64,000 nucleotides of DNA from NCBI RefSeq assembly GCF_006345805.1, contig NW_021831850.1:124001-188000 (forward strand), given 5' to 3'. Of the stretch, positions 53,816-64,000 are shown piece by piece. Source of the DNA: Octopus sinensis. Its lineage: Eukaryota. Both the position numbers and the translations under genes were made by a program. Below the pieces are notes generated by a model, which searched no databases, was not told the DNA's origin, and saw nothing but the letters and a program-made list of their open reading frames with translations. Position 1 is the stretch's first letter, and every line of letters begins with the position of its first letter.

Positions 53816-55337
53816 TTAAATAATTTAGATAAATTTTGATAAATTAGATAGGTTTCGACTTAAGATGGTTTAGGCTATGTCTAATTTAATAGTATAATTT
53901 ATATTAGATAATTATCCCCATTCATAATTTTGTTTATAGTAGTTATAGTATTTATTTAATACTATATTACTAAGAATGGAAAATTTCTATAAGTATGTGG
54001 CTGAGTATCTGCGGCTACTGGATGGTGTTTCTCCTCTGTTAGTGTCTTGCTGTGTGTATACGTTCATGACTGAGTGATTGTATGTGTGTGTGTGCGAGTA
54101 TGCATAAGTAATGTGTAGAAGTATAGGGCTGCATTATAAAATATATCCGTGTCTATATGTATATGTGCATGTATAGATATATATATGTGTGTGTGTGTTT
54201 GTTTACGTATTTATATATGTTTATATACATACATATATATATGAGCGTGAGCATGTATATATATTTTTGTATTTTGAAATTAGCTATTTCATCTTTAAAT
54301 GTTTCGACTAAAGATGGTTTAGGCCATGTTTAATTTAATAGCATAATTTATATTAGATAATTATTCCCATTCATAATTTTGTTTATAGTATTTATTTAAT
54401 ACTATATTACTAAGAATGGAATATTTCTATAAGTATGTGGTTGAGTATCTGCGGCTACTGGATGTTATTTCTCCTCTATGTTAGTGTCTTGCTGAGAGTA
54501 TACGTTTATGAATGAGTGATTGTATGTGTGTGTGTGCGAGTATGCATAAGTAATGTGTAGAAGTATAGGGCTGCATTATAAAATATATCCGTGTCTATAT
54601 GTATATGTGTATGTATAGATATATATGTGTGTGTGTGTGTTTGTGTACGTATTTATATATGTTTATATACATACATATATATATGAGCGTGAGCATGTAT
54701 ATATATTTTTTGTATTTTGAAATTAGCTATTTCATCTTTAAATATGAGAAATTAAATATATTAGGTTTCCATTATATACTATCGTTTATAGAGATTATTT
54801 TAGATCTTGATTATAATATTTATATATATATATATATATATATATTTTCATTGATAATTTATATATATTAGTCATTTCAAATATCTATATAAGTAGATAT
54901 AGACTAAAATGGATATTAGAATATGGATTTTCTACCTTATAAATTAAAGTTAATATTTAACATTATAGTCGATTTCGATATAATCATATTTAATAATAGA
55001 GTTTATTATAAGTAAATTATTTTTTTAGATTATATAGATTATTTATATCTTAAAAATATTGATTATATTTTAGATTTGAAACCACCTGAAGAATGTCTAC
55101 TACTCAAAGATGTGATGAAAAGAAGACATGAAACGACCGTAGTGGATATTAATAATTGTTAAATTTCTAAATAATATAAATTAATTTATGTATTGGATTA
55201 AGTATTTCTTTGTTTGATTTGCATAATAGTGGTTTTGTCTCTAATTTAATATAATATAATATTTTACTATAAAATTGGATTCAATCCTAAATCTGATTTT
55301 TCCCTGTAAGTTTGGATTTATTCCCTAATATTTATTA
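53816..55337 (+). mobile_element. AT-rich P4 pseudo-LTR region with ~449-bp internal duplication
   Basis: Reverse-complement homolog of 770-1535; GTTTCGACT recurs at 53852 and 54301; ends at (TA)n. Confidence 0.6.
55082..55145 (+). ncRNA. Type I hammerhead ribozyme (P4 family)
   Basis: CCAC-CUGAAGA-AUGUCU(25 nt)AGACAU-GAAA-CGACCG-UA/GUGG. Confidence 0.8.
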
Positions 55338-55364
55338 TATATATATATATATATATATAATTAA

Positions 55365-55790
55365 TCAATATAGGGTGGCAAAAAAATTTTGTAGAATTTT
55401 TTGCCACCAGCGGCCTAGTGGGAAAAAATTAAATAGTCATAGACCATTTATAAGTTCAACATCACAATCAAGGAACGGCCATAATAGGCCATTCACCCAC
55501 TAGAAATAACAGCCAAAGCTTCAACCGCAAAATAACATTAATTCCGCAAAACAGGAGAAAATTAAAAAAAACATTTACCCTGTAATTTCTTATACGATGC
55601 ACCGTTTCATCTATTGTTTAATGGTAAACTAACCTGATTAAATTAAATCAAGCCAATCTTCCATAGGCCCTTAGATTCGTCAGTAAGAAATAGCCAGATC
55701 GGAACAGATATTTTCACGAGGCACTTCTGTCCCTGCCTCGGCAATATCTGACCTAAAATTTTCAAATCATCGCACTCGCGCCAAATTTAT
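55365..55790 (-). mobile_element. Diverged, circularly permuted monomer of the 470-bp HHR repeat
   Basis: Shared blocks CCAGCGGCCT, AAATAGTCAT, AAAACATTTACCCT, AAGCCAATCT.CCATAGG, ATATCTGAC.TAAAATTTTCAA and CGCGCCAAA, in permuted order. Confidence 0.8.
55586..55690 (-). ncRNA. Type I hammerhead ribozyme, long branched stem II
   Basis: UUUCUUA-CUGACGA-AUCUA(~58 nt)UAGAU-GAAA-CGGUGCAUCG-UA/UAAGAAA. Confidence 0.9.
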
Positions 55791-55862
55791 ATATACTTTA
55801 TATATATACTTTATATATATATATACTTTATAATATATAAAGTATATATATATATATACTTT

Positions 55863-56060
55863 ATAATTAGGGTTCAGCAAAGATTTGCTTTACCAAATGC
55901 TGAAGTCTAGAAACTTCGGTGTGTGGTAAAGCAAATCTTTGCTGAACCCCAATTATTAAGTATTACTTACCGTGATATGGTCCTTTTTTTCATGCCGAAT
56001 TCTACTTGGTGAAATTATTGATTACTTCTTTATTAATTAATTTTGCCCTTTGTTATTATA
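55863..56060. repeat. Fold-back fragment related to the 39874-40580 element
   Basis: Arms 55863-55895 / 55924-55956; CATGCCGAA.TCTACTTGGTGAAATTA shared with ~40534-40562. Confidence 0.7.
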
Positions 56061-56227
56061 TATATAAAACAAAAACTGGAGTCAGGTGTAGGAATAATAA
56101 GCAAGAGTATATTAGTTTGATATTCAGGAAAAATACATGTTTGTGTGTGTCTGCGTATGTGTGTGCATATGTGTGTGTATATGTCTCTGCGTCTGTGTTT
56201 GTTTCCTCCTCATCACCCCTTAACTAC

Positions 56228-56410
56228 CGGTATTGGTGTGTGTACGCCTCGTAACTTAGCTGTTTGACAAATAAGACCGAAAGAACACGTACCAGGTTTT
56301 TTCTAAAACAAATCAGTTCTAAGGTCGATTTGTTCCACTAAAACACTTCAAGGTGTTGCTCTAGCATGGCCGCACTCAAATAAGTGAAACAAGTAAACGA
56401 ATAAAAGAAT
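56228..56410 (+). mobile_element. SINE 3' portion with CR1-like tail
   Basis: TACCAG...GGTCGAT core and tail AGCATGGCCGCAC...TGAAACAAGTAAACGAATAAAAGAAT. Confidence 0.7.
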
Positions 56411-56512
56411 ACATACATACTTATATACACACACAGACATACACACACACTCATACCTTTTTCGGAAGAGTTGTGGTCACCCTAAATATTGTATAGACTA
56501 AGCTCATTTTGT

Positions 56513-56816
56513 GGAGCCACATGGCCTAGTGGCTAGAGCAGCGGACTCGCGGTCGAGGGTCGCGGGTTCGAATCTCAGACCAGGCGATGTGTGTGTTTAT
56601 GAGAGAAACACCTAAGCTCCACGCGGCTCCGGCAGAAGGTAATGACGAACTTCTGCTGACTCTTTCACCACAACTTTCTCTCACTCTTTCCTCCTTTATC
56701 TTGCAGCTCACCTGCGACAGACCGGCGTCCCGTCAAGGTGGGTAACCTATACGCCAAGGAAACCGGGAAACTGGCCCTTATGAGACAGGCATGGCTCAAG
56801 AAGGAACAAACAACAA
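56513..56816 (+). mobile_element. tRNA-derived SINE
   Basis: A box TGGCCTAGTGG (56522-56532), B box GGTTCGAATC (56565-56574), unrelated body, (ACA)n tail. Confidence 0.85.
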
Positions 56817-56859
56817 GCTCAGTATTATTATTATTATTAATATTATTCTGGTCATTCGT

Positions 56860-57615
56860 CTGTATTTACGTTCTGAGTTCAAATTCCGCTGAGGTCGACT
56901 TTGCCTTTCATCCTTTCGGATTCGATAAATTAAGTACCAGTTGCGTACTGGGGTCGATCTTATCGACTGGTCCCCTCCCCGAAAAATGTCGAGCCTTGTG
57001 CCTAGAGTAGACAAGAAAAGAATAATGTAAGGCGGCCAGCTGGTAGAATCGTTAGCACACCGGACCAAATGCTTAGCCGCATTTCGTCCGTCTTTACGTT
57101 CTGTGTTCAAATCCCACTGATGTTGACATTTCCTTTCGATAAGATAAGAAGCCCCTGAGATCTGGGGTCGAAATAATCGATATAGCCCCCTCCCAAAACC
57201 TATCGGCTTTCTACCAAAACTTGAAATTCTTATCACTAAATTGAAGTTGGAAACCAGGGAGAATCCTTACCGTAACAGGATGCTTATGTCATCTCTTCTT
57301 GATCTTTAAGTTCTGAGTTCAAATCCTACCGAGGTCACTTCCTCTTTCATCTTCCCAGGGTCAATAAAATAGGCACCAGTTGTGTACTGAGGTCGATGAA
57401 ATCAACTTTCTGCTTTCTACCAAAATTGTAGGCCTTGTGCCTAGAGTAGAAAGGATTGTTATTTAATGAGTCGGAGAAAATGATTAAAAACATTTTTACC
57501 GGCTCATTACGTTCTGAGTTCAAATGACACCAAGGTTGACTTTGTCCGCCATCCTTTAAGGGTCAATATATTAAGAAATAGTCAAGTCCTGAGTTCGATG
57601 TAATCGACTTGCCAT
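56860..57615 (+). mobile_element. Cluster of degenerate related SINEs
   Basis: Four recurrences of TTCTG(A/T)GTTCAAAT...GAGGTC(G)AC..TCATCC...ACCAGTTG..TACTG.GGTCGAT. Confidence 0.7.
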
Positions 57616-57929
57616 TGTGTGTGTGTGTGTGTGTAGTTTTGTATGTGTGTGATTTTGTGAGCGTCAGCGCACACGCACAAGGCTTAATTATCGAACTAAT
57701 GATACCACAATTACGAAATATGTTAACATTCCAGAACCCTAATTAGGAGCGTACACACAAACACACACGCACGCACGCACATATATCTGGAGCCTTGCAG
57801 TACTGAGGTATACTCAACCTCCACAGCAGAAGTATTACGGCCCTACCCTGACAAAGAGAATTGGCCTGCCGATGCCACGTATAAATCACACATACAGGCG
57901 GCACCTATGCGCGCTCATTCCGGTGTCAC

Positions 57930-58223
<294 letters not shown>

Positions 58224-61200
58224 CGATCGATAGTGTTTGTTGTTGGATCGGCTCGTAAGTCAATCGCCTTTTTTATTGTTTTTTGAAAAAGTTTCGTTTC
58301 AATTTTTACACACGGAGTGTGTAAGACACCCAGCTTTCGTCTGGGTGTGTTTTCCGGAGGGGATTTTGCCCCTAGGGGCAATTTCAGCCTTGATTATATA
58401 TAAAAACTTTTGCTTCTATAGCTTGTTTTTACATAACGTCGCCGAAGCGTTCCTCATATCGCATAGACGCTGTTCCCTCTCTCTCTGTTGCATCCATTTG
58501 TTTACATTTTACATTTTCAGAGTTTTCAACTTTTTAAACACCCAACTTTCATTAGGGTGTTTTTTAAATGTAGAATTCTTCCGTAGGGGCATTTTCATCA
58601 ATTGATTTTTATTTCTCGCTAAAAAATGTCGAGAAATCTTATCGCAGAGCAGTATTCTGCGATTTTTTCTAAGGAGGATTTTCCTGCTTTGTGAAAGACA
58701 GTCAACAAAGATGCTGCTACAAAGAATGATAAGACTGTAATCAACACCACCACCACCAACACTAAAACTACCACATCTACCACCTTCACTGATACAACAA
58801 CCGTTAACAACAACAACAACAAGAATAACAACAACATAAATGAAGTAAATATAAATGTCCATGATGTTTCGCAAGATTTGATTATCTCACCTATTAATGG
58901 TGAAGATAATATTAACAAGACAAAAGTAACAGTCCCTGAAAAAGCTACAAGTACTACAACAACCAACAATAATTCTGATACAACAACAACAAAAACACAC
59001 AACGACAACAACTGCCAAAGAGAACTGTGAATTTCGCTGACACCCTGCATCAAAAAAGAGAAATTGTACATTTCACAAATGAAGAGTTGGTGGAGACACG
59101 ATCACTCTTCACAACTTCAGGACAAAATTTAATTCTGCACGCACCACAGCATGTGAAAGAAGATGTGGAGAAGAGAACAATTTTATATAGAATTATAAAA
59201 AAAAACTCAAACAAAAAAAAACCAGAACAGGTAACAAAAGCAGACATTGAAAAATGAGCCAAGAATATTATGAAAATCAAACAATATATAAACTGGGGTC
59301 CCCAGTTTAATGCAGTGGTGATCCGCTTCCATAATCAGGAAGAGGCAAAAGCTCAAACTACGGAGACATTACAAAATGAAGAACTCGTCATGGTCCCATA
59401 TTACATGGGACAAAGAGTGAGTAAGATAAGAATAAAAAATGTCCCGCCCGAAATCCCACCCAAATGGATAACATCGGCGATATGTTATCATTTAAAATCA
59501 ATTAACATTTTAGAAATCGCCGTTGTAAAAAATGATAATTGGAGTGGGAAATCGATAGAAGTGACCATTCAAATCGATGGGACTTCTATCGAGAATTTAC
59601 CAAATATTATATATTTGGAAAATGGCCAAAGCCTGTATGTGGTAGCGGAGGGTAAAAATCCACGATATTACAGCTGTGGCAGCCCAGACCACTTAATCGC
59701 AAAGTGCGTTCTGGGACAGAAAAAACCAGAAAAAAACAAATCAGAAAACAAATAAAAAAACAACCTCTGCTACCAACACCACCAAATCCACAACTGATAC
59801 AAAATTATATAGAAATATGGAACAACGACAAGAACAATAACAAACTAGCAAACAAACCCCAACAACATCACCAAGAAAAGAAACAGCACCACCATGATTA
59901 TCGCTGACGTCGCAACCAAATAAAGAAGCAAAACCACAACCAACATCAAAAATACAGACCAACACCAGCACCGAGGATGACAACTAAGAAAACAGATAAC
60001 AGTGATGAGAAGACAAATTCTACCCCTAACACCACAACACAAACACCGCACAAAACAACAACACTTTCTACGAACATACATATTAACGCAAATGCTTTGC
60101 CTTTACCCCCTTCTGATTCGTCAAACTCTTCGTCTAACGACGAAAGTTCGACGGAATGGCAAATAGCCACAGGGAGTAAAAGGAAAAGATCGAAAAACCC
60201 CACCAAACAAGCAAGTAAAGCAGGGAGATATTTAACTCCTGACAGCCCCTTAGACAATCAAACCATCAACGACCCCGCAAAACCACACACACATCTAACA
60301 GCAATAGACACGGACAATAAAAAACTAATGGAATACATTGCATCATACACAAACATTTGTGAAGATGACTTTAAAGTAAATAATCATCCAGGAACTACAC
60401 CACCGACACACATAAAAATTGTACACATAACACAAACACAGCACCACACACTCAAAACCATCTTTCCAAATGCGGTCGGGGGTTTCAAAAGTACTTGTCT
60501 AAAACACTTTACAAACACCTCCTCAAAGACATTTCAAAAGAAGAAGATAAAACTCAAACTTTCGAAATGAGTAAGTGACCTTCCCTCTTGCCTCTTGTCT
60601 CTTCCAATGTAGTGTATGAAACACAAATTTCGTAAACATCAATTATGCTTAAATTAGGTTGTGTAAATGTGCGTGGTTTGGCGTCGGCTTGGAAGCAAGG
60701 TTACCTTCTAAACGACATCAAGTCACTGAACGTGGATATCGTAGCTATCAGTGAAACCAGACTCAGCAAGCCGCGGACCCTCGCGTCCATGTTTGGCGGT
60801 CAATTCGACATTTATTTTTCTCCCAGTCAGCCGAACATGGGTGGTGGAGGTACCGCAGTGCTTTTTCGAAAGAGTCTAAATGTAAAAGTAAGAGCAATAT
60901 TCCTAGACTCGGAGGGTAGGCTGGTTGTCTTGGACGTGGATGGTAGAAATGGGTGTGCATTCCGTCTGATGGCAGTTTATGCACCGTCCTTAACGGGTCG
61001 GGCGGATTTCTTCAGACGTCTAGAGGTTTTCCTGGGTACGTCTAGACCTTTAATGTTAGTAGGGATTGGAACGCTACATTGGACACGCATCTGGACTATG
61101 TGGGAATGGATAGGAATAGAAGGGGGTGTAGGTGCCTCAAAGACCTACTCAGACGTTTCCATTTGTCTGACAGGTTCCGACTCGACCATCCGAACTTGCC

Positions 61201-63678
61201 AACGTGGACTTGGACAAACCGCGTCGGATCGTCGAGATCTTATCTAGATTGAATTCTATGCAGAACAGAGGATAGGGATAGTGTAGGATGTCCACAATTT
61301 AAAATAGTCAGCTACACAGATCACAAATTTGTGACGTGTACGCTCGACTTAGATAAGACACATAGACAGGGTCCCGGTATCTGGAAACTGAACACCTTGC
61401 TCTCAGCGCGACATGTTTACAGGAACCGGATTAGCGAGTTAATTAAGAGGGCGTTGGCGGGAGCCATCGATAACAACCGCTGGTAGTTCACCCTAAAAAT
61501 GGCAAAAAAATCGGAATAAATTAGGTTTAGCAAGGAATTAGAGATAGATCAAAATAGAGTAGAGGGAGATTTGGTTAAGAAACTAGAAGAGGCACTTACC
61601 ACTGGCAGCGCAACCAACGTGCTGGCTGCGAGGATGGGCCTCGACCAACACCTCAACGCCAAACACGAAGATTGCGTCGTCAGAGCTAAAATGCGTGCCT
61701 TAAGGAACGAAGGGATCAAAGCTGCGCGAGAAGCCTGGGTAGCGGAGGCGCAACGTGGCAACAGAGCCACCATTCGGTCTCTAATAGATCAACAGGGATG
61801 CAGTTTACTCGAACCCGAAAGGATGTGTGGGACCTTTCAACAGCACTTTGCTCGACTGTTTGGTGCGAGTGGTGGGTCGGAACGCGGGATGGATTTCAGT
61901 GCCTACCTGACCGACCTGCTGATCAATTTGGATCAGTCTAAAGCCTTCGATAGGGTCGACCATCGGTACTTGACGGCCGTCCTCAGGGCGGCTGGGTTCG
62001 GTCCAGTCTTCCGCGGTTGGATCGCTGCCTTGTATAGCGGCATCCGATCGGTAATTCGAGTGAACGGTCACCTGTCGAAACCGTTTGACATCACGCGTTC
62101 GGTCCGTCAGGGGTGTCCCCTGTCGGCGCTTCTGTATGTATTGACTCTCGAGCCGCTACTGCGGAAGCTGGCGACACTGAGGGTATCCCACGGAAACTGG
62201 TTAAATTGCTCGGGGTCTGGTTCAGTCCGGACCTCCAAATGGATAAGAACTGGAACAAGATCACGAGTAGAGTGGTCGCTCTCAGCCAAACATGGGCCGA
62301 GAGAAAGCTGTCTCTAAAAGGTCGGGCGGAAGTGGCGAACGCGTACGTCGCATCCGTCATCGAGTACCGCCTGACCGACGTGCCTTGTTCCGATGCTACC
62401 ATCACCAAACTGGAACGCATACTCTTCCGCTTCCTGTGGAAGGGTGGCGTTCCGATGATAAGGTGGGCCATTTGCTGTCAACATCCGTTAAATGGAGGAC
62501 TGGGCATGCCGTGGTTGATGATGTGCAGGCATGCGCTGAGACTGCGACATCTCTGGAACTTCATCGATGACGGTGAACAGGTGTGTGCGCCGTTTGTGAG
62601 GCGCGCCTTCCCGCAGCTCGTTTCACTGACCGAACTGCAAACGTGGATCAAGAAGAGACCGAAACTGGGCGATTGGCACCGAGAGTGTCGCCAAGCTCTA
62701 CAGCAACTCTGCCGACCGGGGTCAAACTTGTGCAATTTACAAACGACTAAAGCGTTCTATAGAGGACTAGTGGAGGGGATTTCCGACGACACACTCGGGA
62801 CAAACCTAGGTGTCGACGAGAAATTCCTAACCCGCCTGTTCAGGACGACGTTCGGGCCGGGGCCTATGGATAACTTCCAGAGATCCCTGGCTTGGCAATG
62901 CTATCGAGACGCACTACCTGTTCGAGAGAAGAGCTACAGGCTCGGTTCGAAAACCACCACCGGACCGACCTGCCCGAGATGCGGTCAGAACGACGAAACC
63001 GTTCTGCACGCACTCGTGCAGTGTCCAGATATTTCAGAGCTGTGGACCTTCGTCGAACAGCTGTTGTCGCGTGTAGGACGGGCCCGCATATCGGCCGAAT
63101 CTATCGTCAATATTGTTCCACCACCTTCCTTTAAACGGGAAGGGAAAACGGTTTTCGTAACACTGATGGCTATGGCGAAAGAATGTGTGTGGTGGACGTG
63201 TTTGAAAGGGCTACAAACAAACACTTTCCTCTCTGGTCAGTCCCTCGTCAACTTTTTCAAGTACCACTTGAAAAGGAGGAAGAGAATAGAGAGGAAGGCT
63301 TTGTCGAACGAATGTTTTAATAAAAAGTGGGTAAAAGTGGCAAAAATGGTCAGTATGAAAGACGACACCATTTTAAACGTGAATCTGTAACCAAAAGAGA
63401 CAACGAGAGGTAAGGTGACTTACTCATGTTTTCATTTTCGAACTGTCTGAGGTGACCATGGTCCTTTTTGTAGATTTTTCTTTCCAAGGCTACAACTAAA
63501 CTGTGAACTTTATATATATATTGCTTTTTTATACACCACAAAACCCACAGGTTCCTATTGATCGAACGTTTTTTTCTTTGTGTGTCCCACCCCTCCCACC
63601 TCGAAATGAAAAAACTCTACATTGTATTTCGTCCATTTTTCTTCTGTATTTAGCCCTGTGTGGCCACAATAAAAAGTT
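58224..63678 (+). mobile_element. Tx1/L1-group LINE, decayed and internally deleted
   Basis: ORF1 remnant with RRM-like IRIKNVPPEI and degenerate knuckle YYSCGSPDHLIAKC; ORF2 APE (CVNVRGL, ISETR, VYAP), RT pieces (DQSKAFDRVDH, RQGCPLS), C-terminal CPRC...ETVLHALVQC; AATAAA near 3' end. Confidence 0.88.
60645..63390 (+). pseudogene. Tx1-type ORF2 (APE, partial RT, zf-RVT), fragmented
   Basis: ORFs 60645-61247, 61571-62317 and 62113-63390; early RT motifs and YADD are missing. Confidence 0.85.
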
Positions 63679-63691
63679 ATCTATCTATCTT

Positions 63692-63754
<63 letters not shown>

Positions 63755-63770
63755 GTCTGTCTATCTATCT
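63679..63770. repeat. (TCTA)n microsatellite
   Basis: Tetranucleotide run right after the Tx1 3' end. Confidence 0.98.
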
Positions 63771-64000
63771 AAGCAGAAGCGATTAGGTACAGCAAAGCAC
63801 TAGCCATAGATAGAGATAGAGTAGAGGGTGAGCTAGTTAAGAAGCTAGAAGAGGCAATTAGAAGCGGCATCGCATCCGACGTTTTGGCGGCGAGGTTGGC
63901 CCTCGACCAACACTTCAACGCCAAACACGAAGGATGTGCTGTCAGAGCTAGGATGCGTGCTCTAAGGAACGAAGGTGTTGGAGCCGCGAGAGAGGCCCGG
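63771..64000 (+). mobile_element. Start of a second, 5'-truncated Tx1-like copy
   Basis: Homologous to ~61510-61745 (LVKKLEEA...LDQH.NAKHE.C.VRA.MRALRNEG). Confidence 0.85.

Noticed and set aside
56513-56590. tRNA gene
   Set aside because: A and B boxes are present but no proper cloverleaf or T-run terminator; it continues into a SINE body.

Overview
Eukaryotic, AT-rich, repeat-only window with no recognisable host gene. The SINE families and microsatellite load suggest a cephalopod (octopus-like) genome; this is inference. From 0.4 to 49.7 kb the backbone is a satellite: a conserved ~32-bp unit (AAATTCACTGTGGAGAGACTTTTTGAACACTGTG) separated by variable (TA)n tracts, well over 100 copies by eye. 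Inserted into it are Neptune-like Penelope elements (RT + GIY-YIG), four CR1-type LINE families, two RTE LINEs, a probable solo LTR, SINEs and several short non-coding elements. Beyond ~53 kb the satellite is absent, and there is a SINE cluster and a Tx1-like LINE sitting in (TCTA)n. The ORF track does not show the most interesting signal. I can fold about 18 type I hammerhead-ribozyme (HHR) motifs belonging to at least 7 element families, and in each family the 3' end lies a short distance downstream of the ribozyme and abuts (TA)n. The best candidate for an undescribed system is a ~470-bp tandem repeat (41.8-43.7 kb) with one HHR per unit and an unusually long, branched stem II. A diverged, circularly permuted relative at 55.4-55.8 kb shows compensatory stem changes. 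Together they look like a retrozyme/circRNA family probably mobilised by the neighbouring Penelope elements. A candidate HDV-like ribozyme lies in the 5' UTR of the long RTE element. All folds were done by eye, and many frameshifts in homopolymers could be assembly errors.
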